A DNA stretch of 32,000 nucleotides, taken from Candidatus Saccharimonadota bacterium (GTDB lineage: Bacteria; Patescibacteriota; Microgenomatia; UBA1406; GWC2-37-13). The stretch lies in NCBI GenBank assembly GCA_016700135.1, contig CP065004.1:750001-782000 (forward strand). The letters are read 5' to 3'. A model generated the notes under the pieces. It was not told where the DNA came from and ran no database searches. It saw only the letters and a program-made list of their open reading frames with translations. Positions 1-8,846 of this stretch are shown in pieces; the first letter of the stretch is position 1; the number at the start of each line of letters is the position of its first letter. A program made the translations under genes and the position numbers.

Positions 1-48
1 GGGAGTGCTCAAAACTTTGTTTGGCACCTTCACAAGCGGTAAAATCAT
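1..48 (-). CDS. Possible 5' end of a gene that runs off the window. The N-terminus resembles peptide deformylase.
   Basis: The reverse complement of 1-48 reads ATG ATT TTA CCG ..., giving MILPLVKVPNKVLSTP. This matches the (I/V)-x-x-P-(N/D)-x-x-L pattern of deformylase N-termini. A TATAAT box (reverse complement of 55-60) lies 6 nt upstream of the ATG. Only 16 codons are visible. Confidence 0.3.
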   Translation of the reverse strand, partial: MILPLVKVPNKVLSTP

Positions 49-115
49 GTTCATATTATAACAGACTGAACTCAAATCCTTTAGCAAAATAGTCGATTTA
101 GAGTATACTATCAGT

Positions 116-886
116 ATGGCAAAATTATCCCTTTGTATCGCAACTTTCAATGAAGAGGAGTTTATCCGTTACCCGCTTGATTCAGTGTATGATATTGTTG
201 AAGAAGTTATTATTGTGGACGGCGGTTCCGAGGATAAAACGTTAGAAATTGCCAAATCATACGGCTCTAAAGTAACTATTTACAATGAAGACAATCCGGC
301 AATGTTCCATATCAATAAGCAAAAGGCGATTGAGAAGGCCACAGGAGATTGGATTTTACAGCTCGATGCTGATGAGGCCGTGAGCCCAGAACTTAAAGAT
401 GAGATTATCCGTATCATTGAGGGGAAAACAACAGAGGAGTATGACGGGTATTGGATTCCACGGAGAAACTGGTTTTTGACAAAATTTCTGGAAAAAGGAG
501 GTATATATCCCGACTCTACAATCAGATTGTATAAAAAAGGGAAAGCACATTTTCCCTGTAAAAATGTCCATGAAAATGTGGATATAAAGGGAAAAGTCGG
601 AACACTTCATAAAGATATACTGCACTACGCAGATCCGACATTTGAACGATACTTAAGTCGTTGGAATCGTTATACAACGTTGGATGCGAAAGAACTCGTC
701 AAGAAAAAACAGGAACTTTGTGGGTTGTGTTATTTCGTAATGAAGCCGTTAGGCACATTTTTGAGCATTTACATCCGTCATAAGGGTTTTCAGGACGGCT
801 TTGCGGGCTTTGTCTGGGCACTCTTTTCTTCAATCCGCTGGTGGGTGATTTATGTAAAAGTCCGGACTCTCAGTAATAAATCCTAG
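116..886 (+). CDS. Family 2 glycosyltransferase (GT-A fold)
   Basis: 256-aa ORF. The N-terminal LSLCIATFNEEEFI motif, the VDGGSEDKT motif and the LDADE (DxD-like) motif are typical of GT2 enzymes. TATACT at 103-108 lies 7 nt upstream of the ATG. Confidence 0.85.
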   Translation: MAKLSLCIATFNEEEFIRYPLDSVYDIVEEVIIVDGGSEDKTLEIAKSYGSKVTIYNEDNPAMFHINKQKAIEKATGDWILQLDADEAVSPELKDEIIRIIEGKTTEEYDGYWIPRRNWFLTKFLEKGGIYPDSTIRLYKKGKAHFPCKNVHENVDIKGKVGTLHKDILHYADPTFERYLSRWNRYTTLDAKELVKKKQELCGLCYFVMKPLGTFLSIYIRHKGFQDGFAGFVWALFSSIRWWVIYVKVRTLSNKS

Positions 887-977
887 CTCGATACCCTTTT
901 TTTAGTGCTCTGTGGGCGTGCTCGTGCCTGCGCATCTCCCAAGTCGCAAAAAAAATGGTATCTTCGCTTTTTCTGTA

Positions 978-2135
978 TTATGCCCCGATTTTGAACTCCA
1001 CGACATCGCCGTCTTTCATTTCATGATCACGACCGACGATCTGCACTTTTCCTGCCTCACGGGCTTTTGTCCATCCGCCGATTTCAACAAAGGTTTGGAA
1101 GGGTACAATATCGGCTTTAATAAACTTCTTTTCAAAATCCGTATGAATTGCTGCTGCAGCTTGCGGTGCAAGAGTCCCGGCAGGGATAGTCCACGCACGT
1201 GCTTCAAGTTCACCTCCTGTGAGGAATGAGATAAGTCCGAGTGTTTCATATGCCTTCTTGATAAGACGATTGAGACCCGTTTCTTTGAGTCCGTACTGAT
1301 TCAGATATTCTTTCTGATCTGATTCGTCTAAAGCCAGGACTTCATTTTCGAGCTTGGCATTAAGATAGAGAGCATTGGCTGGAAGATGTTTGTCATCCTG
1401 AGCATGCGCGAAGGATCCATTCGTTGACATTGCTGGATTCTTCACTTCGTTCAGAATGACACGTATTTTCTCTTCAATCGTTTCTTTGTCCATCAACTGC
1501 CCCTCCGAGACATTAAAAACATAAATTACCGGCTTCATAGTCAGAAGATGAAGGTCTTTTGCAGCTTCTGTTTCGTCATCCGTTAGTCTGAGGGTTCGTG
1601 CAGGATTTCCGGCGTTGAGATGGTTTTTGAGTTTGATAACGGCATCTGCTCTATGTCCTTCTTCTTTTGTGGCTTTGGCACGGGCTGCGACTGACAGATC
1701 TTTCTGCTTTTCAAGAGTTGCAAGATCTGCAAGGACAAGTTCGGTTTCTATCGTTGAAATGTCACGAAGAGGATCGACGGTGTTTGCGACATGGAGTACG
1801 TTGTCATCTTCAAAAAGACGGACTACGTGCGCAATAGCCGCTACTTCACGGATATGGGACAAAAATTTATTTCCCAGACCTTCTCCTTGTGAAGCCCCGG
1901 CAACAAGTCCGGCTATGTCATAAAATTCGACGACTGCCGGTACAATTTTTTGAGTGTTTACGATTTCGGCAATCTTCGGCAGACGCTCATCCGGTACCTC
2001 GACAACACCGACATTCGGTTCGATGGTACAAAAAGGATAATTCGCCGCATCAGCGACGGTTTTTTTCAAGAGAGCATTGAAGAGTGTCGACTTTCCGATA
2101 TTCGGAAGTCCTACAATACCGATAGATAGATTCAT
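978..2135 (-). CDS. ychF: Ribosome-binding ATPase YchF (Obg-like ATPase family)
   Basis: G1 motif [24 protein letters not shown], the DIAGLV G3 motif, and C-terminal [28 protein letters not shown] plus the TGS-like end DGDVVEFKI. The ORF is open to 2159, but the ATG at 2135 (MNLSIGIVG) sits 7 nt downstream of a TATAAT (reverse complement of 2143-2148), so 2135 is the preferred start. Confidence 0.95.
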   Translation of the reverse strand: MNLSIGIVGLPNIGKSTLFNALLKKTVADAANYPFCTIEPNVGVVEVPDERLPKIAEIVNTQKIVPAVVEFYDIAGLVAGASQGEGLGNKFLSHIREVAAIAHVVRLFEDDNVLHVANTVDPLRDISTIETELVLADLATLEKQKDLSVAARAKATKEEGHRADAVIKLKNHLNAGNPARTLRLTDDETEAAKDLHLLTMKPVIYVFNVSEGQLMDKETIEEKIRVILNEVKNPAMSTNGSFAHAQDDKHLPANALYLNAKLENEVLALDESDQKEYLNQYGLKETGLNRLIKKAYETLGLISFLTGGELEARAWTIPAGTLAPQAAAAIHTDFEKKFIKADIVPFQTFVEIGGWTKAREAGKVQIVGRDHEMKDGDVVEFKIGA

Positions 2136-2246
2136 AGGGGATATTATAGCAGGGGACAAGGAAGGTCATTAGATGAAACCATTATTGTACCTATAGTATA
2201 ATATGTATAGCTGTACTGATTATTCAACGAACTAAGGAGAATGATA

Positions 2247-2486
2247 ATGGACCTCTGGGATTTTGCGGCTATGATGATCAACGAAACGGTCATGATGGCA
2301 GTAGATGGCGACAAAGCAAAAGCCGATGAAGTGAAATTGGCGTTTGTTTTGCGTTATGTCCTACCGGAAGAACAAGAGCTGGTCAAAGAAATCCAGAAAA
2401 ATGATCCACAACGATTCGACCGTCTTCTAGCAAAGATAGGTGAAGAATATGTGGTCGAGTTTCAGGATTATCTCAAGAGTCTCTAA
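2247..2486 (+). CDS. Small hypothetical protein (about 80 aa)
   Basis: An AAGGAG Shine-Dalgarno sequence at 2234-2239 lies 7 nt upstream of the ATG at 2247. An alternative ATG at 2241 is too close to it. A strong hairpin follows the ORF. No domain recognised. Confidence 0.55.
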   Translation: MDLWDFAAMMINETVMMAVDGDKAKADEVKLAFVLRYVLPEEQELVKEIQKNDPQRFDRLLAKIGEEYVVEFQDYLKSL

Positions 2487-2507
2487 GTACTCAGTAGTAC
2501 AGTTACA

Positions 2508-2536
2508 GCAGGCGGAGAAATTTTTTCTCCGCCTGC
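2508..2536 (+). terminator. Stem-loop downstream of the 80-aa ORF
   Basis: GCAGGCGGAGAAAA/TTTTCTCCGCCTGC forms a near-perfect 14-bp palindrome about 20 nt after the stop codon. There is no long trailing T-run. Confidence 0.55.
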
Positions 2537-2618
2537 ATCCTTCAATTTCTTATTCAATCTCTGATTTCCGGTATTTTTTATTTCCATATTCTTACAATTC
2601 AATAAATATAATGTATTT

Positions 2619-3281
2619 ATGCAAATAGAACGTCTTCGGTATATTCGACGGATGTCACGTGAATTAGCAAAGCCGATCCAAATAACTACACCCGTTCACC
2701 AGACTTCATATGAAATGGACGGACGGACATATGACATTGATGTATGGCACAGAAATCAGTATGAGTTTCCTGTGTCGAAACTGGATGATGAATGGCTTAC
2801 TTCCCGAGCTTCACCGGAGGAAGCGAACGAACTGATCGAAGGCTGGCTTCAGGGAATTGTTTATTCTCTCAAAGACTATCGGCGGTCACCGATCGCAAAA
2901 AAATACAATATAGTGAAACCTCTTGATGAACCGCTTGAACGTTTGATCGCATATGCTGAATTGATGGAGGAGTATTCTATGGTGTGTGACGGCTATCTAG
3001 AAAAAAATATTGAAGGCGGTGCTCCCGATGATATGGATCGGGCAGAAAAAGCTCAGCAGGTGCAGGATCTGATTATGAATAAATTTATCTTGGAACAGTA
3101 TCAGGGTAATGATGCGGAAGATCTGTTTACCCCACTTAGGACAGTGACAGAAACTGCTGACAATTCTTCAGTCATACGTGCCTGTAACACATTGTTTGCG
3201 GCAGCATTTACCCATATGGAACAACATAACTATACTGATTTGTTCGGAAATATGCAGTATCAGGAAAAGGCGGACATATAA
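2619..3281 (+). CDS. Hypothetical protein, 220 aa, acidic, no recognised domain
   Basis: Long ORF with no competing ORF on the other strand. TATAAT at 2607-2612 lies 6 nt upstream of the ATG, which looks leaderless. Confidence 0.6.
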   Translation: MQIERLRYIRRMSRELAKPIQITTPVHQTSYEMDGRTYDIDVWHRNQYEFPVSKLDDEWLTSRASPEEANELIEGWLQGIVYSLKDYRRSPIAKKYNIVKPLDEPLERLIAYAELMEEYSMVCDGYLEKNIEGGAPDDMDRAEKAQQVQDLIMNKFILEQYQGNDAEDLFTPLRTVTETADNSSVIRACNTLFAAAFTHMEQHNYTDLFGNMQYQEKADI

Positions 3282-3476
3282 GATCCCCTGACAAGTAAAT
3301 ACTCCATGGCTTGCATTCTCACTATCTTTTTACGCTTCTCTTATGGTGCATTGGAAGAGTTTTTATATCATATGTTTCTATGAAAAATTATATTTTTGAT
3401 CATATGTATATCCGGCCGATCATAGAATACGAGAGAGGGATTTATCGTATCGAAATTGTAGACGAAGAAGATGAGT

Positions 3477-4823
3477 CTACAGCAGAAGAATAGTGCCAAG
3501 TCCTAAAAACACAAAAAAACCGATGATATCGGTAGCTGTCGTGACGAAAACGGTGCTGGCAATTGCAGGATCAATTTTCATGGATTTCAGAATAAAAGGA
3601 ACAAGTGCCCCGAAAAATCCAGCGATAAAAAGATTGGCAATCATTGCTATACCCAAAACAACCCCAAGCATAGGTGTGCCGTGAAAGAAAACAGCTACTA
3701 TTCCGGCAATCAAACCTACAATTACCCCGTTAAAAAGACCGGCCATAGCTTCCTTAAAAATGATTCCTTTTGCTTCACGCCAATCTATGTCATTCATCGC
3801 AATTCCTCTTACAACAACGGCAAGTGCCTGCGTTGCGGCGTTTCCTCCTTCACCGGCGACAATCGGCATAAAAACCGCAAGGAGGGCCATTTTGGAGATA
3901 GTATCCTGAAACAGTCCGACCACAGATGCCGCCAGAAAAGCCGTAACAAGATTGATGATAAGCCATTTATAGCGCATAAAAACTTTTAGTTTGATCGGAT
4001 CTCCCGGAGTCTCTTCATGCTGAACTCCGGCAAATTTATATACATCCTCCGTAGCTTCAGCCTGAGCTACACGAAGGAGATCCCGCAAATGAACAATGCC
4101 CAGAATTGCTCCTTTCGCATCTACAACACCGATTGCATCGCTTTTGAGGTGATCAACCTTGTGCAGAATTTTTTCCTGATCTTCTTTGTGGCTTATCAGA
4201 GGGAGCTTTTGTACGATTTTACTGATAGGGATATTCGGAGAACTAAAAATCAGATTTTTGTGGGGGATAAAACCGAGAACTTTTCCGTCTTCTGCTGTCA
4301 GAATGATAAACGGCACCTTGTTTTCACGCGTGATATGTTCCTGTACTTTGTCGGCTATGTCTTTGAATGTAAAGGTTTCTTTGACAATAATATAATCCAA
4401 ATCCATAAGTCCGCCCGCAGTCTCTTTACCGAATGTAAGAAGTTTTTCAATTTTTTTACGTTTCGGTTCTTTGATCTTCAAAAGTACTTTTTGACGTTTG
4501 GAACCGGGGAGATATTGAATAATATCTGTCGCGTCATCCTCGTCGTTGAAATGGAGAAATCGGGCACATTCATAGACTGAAAGTTTCGGAATGATCACAC
4601 TTTTTGACTGGTCAGAGAGGTGCAAAATGACTTCTGACTGAATTTCAGGAGGGAGAAGAGAAAAGATATATCGTTTCTGATCATGCAAATGATTGATTAT
4701 CTCGGCTATTTTATGAAAGTCCATCTTCAGAAGAAGATACTTGATCTCTTTGTAATTTCCTTTTTCTATCAGTTTGTTGACGGTATGGAGATTTTCGACA
4801 GCAGCCATATCATCATAATACAT
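3477..4823 (-). CDS. mgtE: Magnesium transporter MgtE
   Basis: Architecture is an N-terminal helical MgtE_N-like region, tandem CBS-like region and C-terminal 5-TM domain. The characteristic motif is PIVAGEGGNAATQALAVVVRGIA...TDIIGFFVFLG. The ORF is open to 4943, but the ATG at 4823 (MYYDDMAAVEN) gives the typical length of about 449 aa and avoids overlap with the divergent gene at 4922. Confidence 0.9.
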   Translation of the reverse strand: MYYDDMAAVENLHTVNKLIEKGNYKEIKYLLLKMDFHKIAEIINHLHDQKRYIFSLLPPEIQSEVILHLSDQSKSVIIPKLSVYECARFLHFNDEDDATDIIQYLPGSKRQKVLLKIKEPKRKKIEKLLTFGKETAGGLMDLDYIIVKETFTFKDIADKVQEHITRENKVPFIILTAEDGKVLGFIPHKNLIFSSPNIPISKIVQKLPLISHKEDQEKILHKVDHLKSDAIGVVDAKGAILGIVHLRDLLRVAQAEATEDVYKFAGVQHEETPGDPIKLKVFMRYKWLIINLVTAFLAASVVGLFQDTISKMALLAVFMPIVAGEGGNAATQALAVVVRGIAMNDIDWREAKGIIFKEAMAGLFNGVIVGLIAGIVAVFFHGTPMLGVVLGIAMIANLFIAGFFGALVPFILKSMKIDPAIASTVFVTTATDIIGFFVFLGLGTILLL

Positions 4824-4921
4824 AAGTTTAGATCCCGTGACTAGTAGTTTTCTTTTTCTTACGTGCAGGATTGGCATAAGACAAGTTTGACATAACCCGT
4901 TATTTATACTATCCTCATAAT

Positions 4922-5209
4922 ATGAGAAAGTTTTACCTAGCAATACTAACCTTTACATTATTATTAGCTTTTCCTGTAGCCTCAATGGCTCAGGAAGCAG
5001 AAGAAACAGTTGAAGAAACCGTGGAAGCGACTGTAACTCCGAGCCGTGAGAAGAAACGTACTGAAGCGATGGAGAAAGCGAAAGAGATGAAAGAAGAAGC
5101 GATACAAAAAAGGAAGGAAGCACAGGAAGAAATCATGATGAAGCGAGAGGAAGCAAAAGAAGAGTTTGCGAAAGACCGTGAAGAATTCAAACTGAAACTC
5201 AAAAGATAA
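4922..5209 (+). CDS. Secreted Glu/Lys-rich coiled-coil protein, N-terminal part (probably the 5' half of a frameshifted gene)
   Basis: Signal peptide MRKFYLAILTFTLLLAFPVASMA, then a charged helical repeat-like sequence. The ORF stops at an A-run, and the reading continues in the -1 frame (see findings). Confidence 0.6.
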   Translation: MRKFYLAILTFTLLLAFPVASMAQEAEETVEETVEATVTPSREKKRTEAMEKAKEMKEEAIQKRKEAQEEIMMKREEAKEEFAKDREEFKLKLKR

Positions 5210-5253
5210 CCGATGAAAAAAAGCAACAAATAGTCGAACGGATTGATGCTCAT

Positions 5254-5664
5254 ATGGCTGAAATGAATGAAAGGATTACCGGAAAATTAGCTGAGCATTT
5301 GGACAGAATTTCAGAAATTATTGACAGAATTGAGGAAAAAGCAGGGGAGTTGGAAGGAGACACCCAGGCAGTAGATGATGCGATAACCGTAGCAAGAGCT
5401 GCAGTCGAGACATCTCAGGAAGCAGTGGCAGAGCAGGCGGGGAAAGAGTACATCATAGAACTCAGTGATGAAAGCAATGTGAAAGATGACGTACAGAAAG
5501 TAGTTACGCAATTCAGAACAGATATTAAAGCCACCGTTGAAACCGTGAGGGAAGCACGGCAAAAGACAGTTGATGCCGCACGAGCTTTGGGACAAGCACA
5601 CGAACAGAGTACTGAAGAGCCGGAAACAAGCGAGTCTGAAGAGTCTGACGAATTAGGCGGCTAA
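5254..5664 (+). CDS. Coiled-coil acidic protein, probably the 3' half of the 4922 gene
   Basis: 136-aa ORF. Its frame is already open from 5182 and reads KITDEKKQQIVERIDAH before the first ATG. No SD or -10 box precedes 5254. Confidence 0.55.
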   Translation: MAEMNERITGKLAEHLDRISEIIDRIEEKAGELEGDTQAVDDAITVARAAVETSQEAVAEQAGKEYIIELSDESNVKDDVQKVVTQFRTDIKATVETVREARQKTVDAARALGQAHEQSTEEPETSESEESDELGG

Positions 5665-5684
5665 TTACTATTTTTGACTAAATC

Positions 5685-6188
5685 ATGGATAATCAAAATA
5701 AAAAGGAAGAACAGCAAAAACCTGAAACACAGGAAACGATAAAAACACCGGAACCTTCGACGGAAACAATACCCGTTGATGCAGAACCAGCCGCACCGGC
5801 TGAAACACCCGCAGCCACTCCAGAATCTCCTGCTGATGGGCAGCCACCCGTTGATACTACGGCAGACACTTCAGCCGAACCGGTACCTCAACCGGTTTAT
5901 CCGGATGTAGGCTACACCGAGACAAAGTCAAGCAAACTGGTTTATATTCTAGTCGGACTGCTTCTTCTTATTCTGCTCAGCTTGGTAGGATTGTTTTTCT
6001 ACAAGCAGATGGCAGCCGCACCGGCCGAAACACAGATTTCGCCGTCACCCGTTCAAGTCTCACCGACTGTCGAAGTAAGCCCGACCGTAACGCCTGTGAA
6101 TGAGGAGGAAGCAGATCTTCAGCAGATAGAGATTCCTGATATTGATCAGGATTTACAGCAAATTGAGAGCGATCTGGATCAGCTTTGA
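5685..6188 (+). CDS. Single-pass membrane protein with Pro/Thr/Glu-rich low-complexity regions
   Basis: 167-aa ORF. It has one hydrophobic helix (LVYILVGLLLLILLSLVGLFFY) flanked by PETP/SPTV-type low-complexity sequence. Confidence 0.6.
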   Translation: MDNQNKKEEQQKPETQETIKTPEPSTETIPVDAEPAAPAETPAATPESPADGQPPVDTTADTSAEPVPQPVYPDVGYTETKSSKLVYILVGLLLLILLSLVGLFFYKQMAAAPAETQISPSPVQVSPTVEVSPTVTPVNEEEADLQQIEIPDIDQDLQQIESDLDQL

Positions 6189-6236
6189 TCCGGTCTTGTG
6201 TAAATTCGGGATAGTTTGCTATACTATATTTATAGT

Positions 6237-7325
6237 ATGGACGAAACCAAAAACCCAAACCCAACCGAGGCGAAAGCTTCATTAACAAATGTACAGGCAA
6301 TGCCGCCTATAAAGCAACTTCTGGAGGAGTCATGGCATCTCCTGACGAAGAAAGTACTGAAAATACTTCTTATTTCAACCTACACGTTTATCGGCATTAT
6401 CATAACCTATATCATTGCCGCACTGATTGGTCTCATTGTTTTTTTCGGTATATTCGGAGGGATCCAAAACGTCCAAAATGCAGCAGCCTCACTGATGACA
6501 AATCCGGCCGTTTGGACAGCGGGCGGAATTTTGTTTGTAGCGCTGATAGTTGCAGTTACGATCATCAGTCTTATGGCTCAGGCAGGACTTATTCTGGCGC
6601 TTTCTGAAAAAGATGAATCTGCCTCAGCATTTTCTCTTCTTAAAAAGGGATGGATATACGTATTACCATTATTCATTGTCGGATTAATAGAATTTTTTAT
6701 TACGTTCGGAAGCATATTCCTTCTTATCATACCGGCGATTATTGTGAGTATTTTTCTTGCATTTACCCTTTACACGGTCGTTCTTGAGAATAAGAAAGGG
6801 ATGGAGGCTATCAAAATGAGTGTCGGGATTGTACAACAGCAGTTCGGTGCAATAGTCGGCCGATTTGTTTTGTATTTTTTGCTGGTAATGGCTGTCATGA
6901 TAGCGCTCGCTGCACTGAGCAGTATTTCGGAAGAAGTTGCCGCTTTAGCCGGTCTGGTACGTTTTGTGGTCAATTTCTTCGTAAACTGGTTCGGTTTGGC
7001 ATTTACATTTCAGGTTTACAGACATGCCCGTGCTTTGTATGACGAGTCTAAACCCGTCTCTATGACCTGGATATGGATTGTAAGTGCAATCGGATGGGTG
7101 ATTGCCGGACTTGTTATCACGGCAGCAGTCCAGGCAATAGGGAAGATAGATCCTACCGAGCTGTTACAGGAAGCCTTTGAGGAAAATAACACACAAGAGT
7201 TCAATATCGAACAAGATGCTGAATATGGGGAAGAATCGCCCGAGGATTTCTACAATATGTTTGATGAAGAGACACAGAGAGAACTGAGACAATTGCAGCA
7301 AATGGAACAGGGGAATCAAATCTGA
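6237..7325 (+). CDS. Polytopic membrane protein, hypothetical, with an acidic C-terminal tail
   Basis: At least 6 hydrophobic segments. The ORF track starts at a TTG (6216). The ATG at 6237 (MDETKNPNP) lies downstream of TATACT (6220-6225). Confidence 0.65.
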   Translation: MDETKNPNPTEAKASLTNVQAMPPIKQLLEESWHLLTKKVLKILLISTYTFIGIIITYIIAALIGLIVFFGIFGGIQNVQNAAASLMTNPAVWTAGGILFVALIVAVTIISLMAQAGLILALSEKDESASAFSLLKKGWIYVLPLFIVGLIEFFITFGSIFLLIIPAIIVSIFLAFTLYTVVLENKKGMEAIKMSVGIVQQQFGAIVGRFVLYFLLVMAVMIALAALSSISEEVAALAGLVRFVVNFFVNWFGLAFTFQVYRHARALYDESKPVSMTWIWIVSAIGWVIAGLVITAAVQAIGKIDPTELLQEAFEENNTQEFNIEQDAEYGEESPEDFYNMFDEETQRELRQLQQMEQGNQI

Positions 7326-7327
7326 TT

Positions 7328-8263
7328 TTATCCGACGTGTTCTTCTTTGACCAGATCCAGTCTGTCGATGTACATGACGATAGCAACTCCGATTGCTATA
7401 AGAGCAATAATACCAAGGACGGTAGCGTCAATTGCCTGCGGAAGTATGTTTCTCGTTGCAAGCGGCACAACTTCACCGTGACTGTTTATTCGTGTCTCGA
7501 TAACTTCCTGCCATGGCCAAAGCTTTCGGACAGAACCCAGCATAAATCCTGACAAAGCGGCGACTGAAATATCATGATGTTTTGCAAAAAGCCAGGAAAG
7601 AAAACGGGAGAAAATTGACAGACCGACTACCGCACCGAGTGCTACTGATATAAGGACACCGATATTCATCTCGCGAACAGCTCCGAGCACCTGAGCATAT
7701 TTCCCCATGATAAGAAGGATAAAAGAACCTGAAATACCGGGAAGAATCATGGCACAGATTGCAATCATACCGCTTAAGAAATACATGGGTAGATTGGAAG
7801 GAGTCTCTACCGGTACCGCACCGACTACTGTATACCCCACAATCAGAAAGGTTATAAATGAGATCATGTTCGGCATACTCCAGGCTGAGACCCGCTTAGC
7901 CACAATCCATGTGGACGCGATGACCAATCCGAAAAAGAAAGCCCAAACAAATGACGGGTATGTGTCAAGAAGGTAACCAAGGAGATTGGCAAGTGAAAGA
8001 ATTGCAGTAAAGATACCGGCAAGAAGGGGGAAAAGAAAACGGTAGGGTACCGCTGCGACAGCTTCTTTTATTTTGAACTGAAGCCCTAATCTAAGTACTT
8101 CACCGCTCACTTTCTTAATACTCGCAAGCAATTCATCATAAATTCCCGCCACAAACGCTACTGTTCCTCCGGAAACTCCCGGGATCAAATCTGCCGTTCC
8201 CATGATGAAGCCGGTCACAAATAACTGAAGTAACGGTTTGTCTGTTTTCTTTTGAGTTTTCAT
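7328..8263 (-). CDS. DUF368-family membrane protein (family recently linked to undecaprenyl-phosphate recycling and translocation)
   Basis: 311-aa polytopic protein with the duplicated family signature IPGVSGGTVAF ... LPGISGSFILLIMG. TAGAAT lies 6 nt upstream of the ATG. Confidence 0.8.
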   Translation of the reverse strand: MKTQKKTDKPLLQLFVTGFIMGTADLIPGVSGGTVAFVAGIYDELLASIKKVSGEVLRLGLQFKIKEAVAAVPYRFLFPLLAGIFTAILSLANLLGYLLDTYPSFVWAFFFGLVIASTWIVAKRVSAWSMPNMISFITFLIVGYTVVGAVPVETPSNLPMYFLSGMIAICAMILPGISGSFILLIMGKYAQVLGAVREMNIGVLISVALGAVVGLSIFSRFLSWLFAKHHDISVAALSGFMLGSVRKLWPWQEVIETRINSHGEVVPLATRNILPQAIDATVLGIIALIAIGVAIVMYIDRLDLVKEEHVG

Positions 8264-8303
8264 AGATATATTCTAGCTTGAAAGTACTCAAAAGTCTACG
8301 TAT

Positions 8304-8846
8304 TTACCAGCACCTGCCGCCTGAAGAAGCCACTTTCCATGACCAGAATGCTGAGCCGTCCAATCTACAGGTATTGGATCCTCCGTCCCGGTGAGTGTCA
8401 AGAAGTGAGTTTTCCTTTCCGTAGTTGTCATCGCCTCCGATATCTTTCTGATGGATGAGGAAGGCAAAATCAGTTCCGTTTGATCGGTAGAGATAACAGG
8501 GAGTAGTGGTCCCTGAAAAAACGCGGTTCATTTGCGGATCATGAGGAAATTCGTCCAGATAGTCGGGTACAAGGCCGGGGATGACATCGTTCGGTGCGAG
8601 ATTCGGAGTTCCCCAGGGATGGTTGCACTCTCCGCGCCAGGCGCCACCGGGGTTCGGATAAAAACCGTGATCGATATAAAATGCATCCAGTGCCCGTTTT
8701 ACTTTTTGAGCATCAGTGATGCGGATGGTGTCCCGTGCATTACGCTGCGATGCAGAATATGCTACAACTCCGAAGGTCATCAATACGCCTACGATGGTGA
8801 GTACAACAATGGTTTCTACCAGGGTAAAACCGGCTTGTGTTTTCAT
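8304..8846 (-). CDS. Type IV pilin / type II secretion pseudopilin-like protein with a prepilin (class III) signal
   Basis: N-terminus MKTQAG|FTLVETIVVLTIVGVLM has the G-F-T-L-x-E prepilin peptidase cleavage and methylation motif followed by a hydrophobic helix. The globular C-terminal part contains 4 Cys. Confidence 0.85.
   Translation of the reverse strand: MKTQAGFTLVETIVVLTIVGVLMTFGVVAYSASQRNARDTIRITDAQKVKRALDAFYIDHGFYPNPGGAWRGECNHPWGTPNLAPNDVIPGLVPDYLDEFPHDPQMNRVFSGTTTPCYLYRSNGTDFAFLIHQKDIGGDDNYGKENSLLDTHRDGGSNTCRLDGSAFWSWKVASSGGRCW

Noticed and set aside
912-1923. Plus- and minus-strand ORFs (912-1229, 1016-1249, 1615-1923, 1889-2080) overlapping ychF
   Set aside because: They lie entirely within the strongly supported ychF reading frame, have low-complexity or Arg/Ser/Cys-rich translations, and lack start contexts. 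They are shadow ORFs.
2592-2612. Apparent TTGACA-like -35 (TTACAA 2592-2597) paired with TATAAT 2607-2612
   Set aside because: The spacer is only 9 nt, incompatible with a sigma70-type -35/-10 pair. Only the -10 box is retained as evidence.
3459-3481. GTAGAC...GTCTAC hairpin at the mgtE stop codon, considered as a terminator
   Set aside because: The stem is only 6 bp with an 11-nt loop, it overlaps the coding end, and it has no T-run. The evidence is too weak.
3311-3493. 60-aa ORF in the gap downstream of the 220-aa gene
   Set aside because: It has a TTG start, no promoter or SD, an odd composition, and it overlaps the 3' end of mgtE. It is not supportable as a gene.
3493-4580. Plus-strand ORFs antisense to mgtE (3493-3684, 3681-3989, 4017-4580, 4186-4395)
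   Set aside because: They are antisense shadows of a confidently identified mgtE, and no motifs were recognised.
4990-5601. Minus-strand ORFs 4990-5253 and 5311-5601
   Set aside because: They are the antisense reading of GAA/AAG-rich coiled-coil coding sequence, which gives Ser/Phe-rich low-complexity peptides. They are artefacts.
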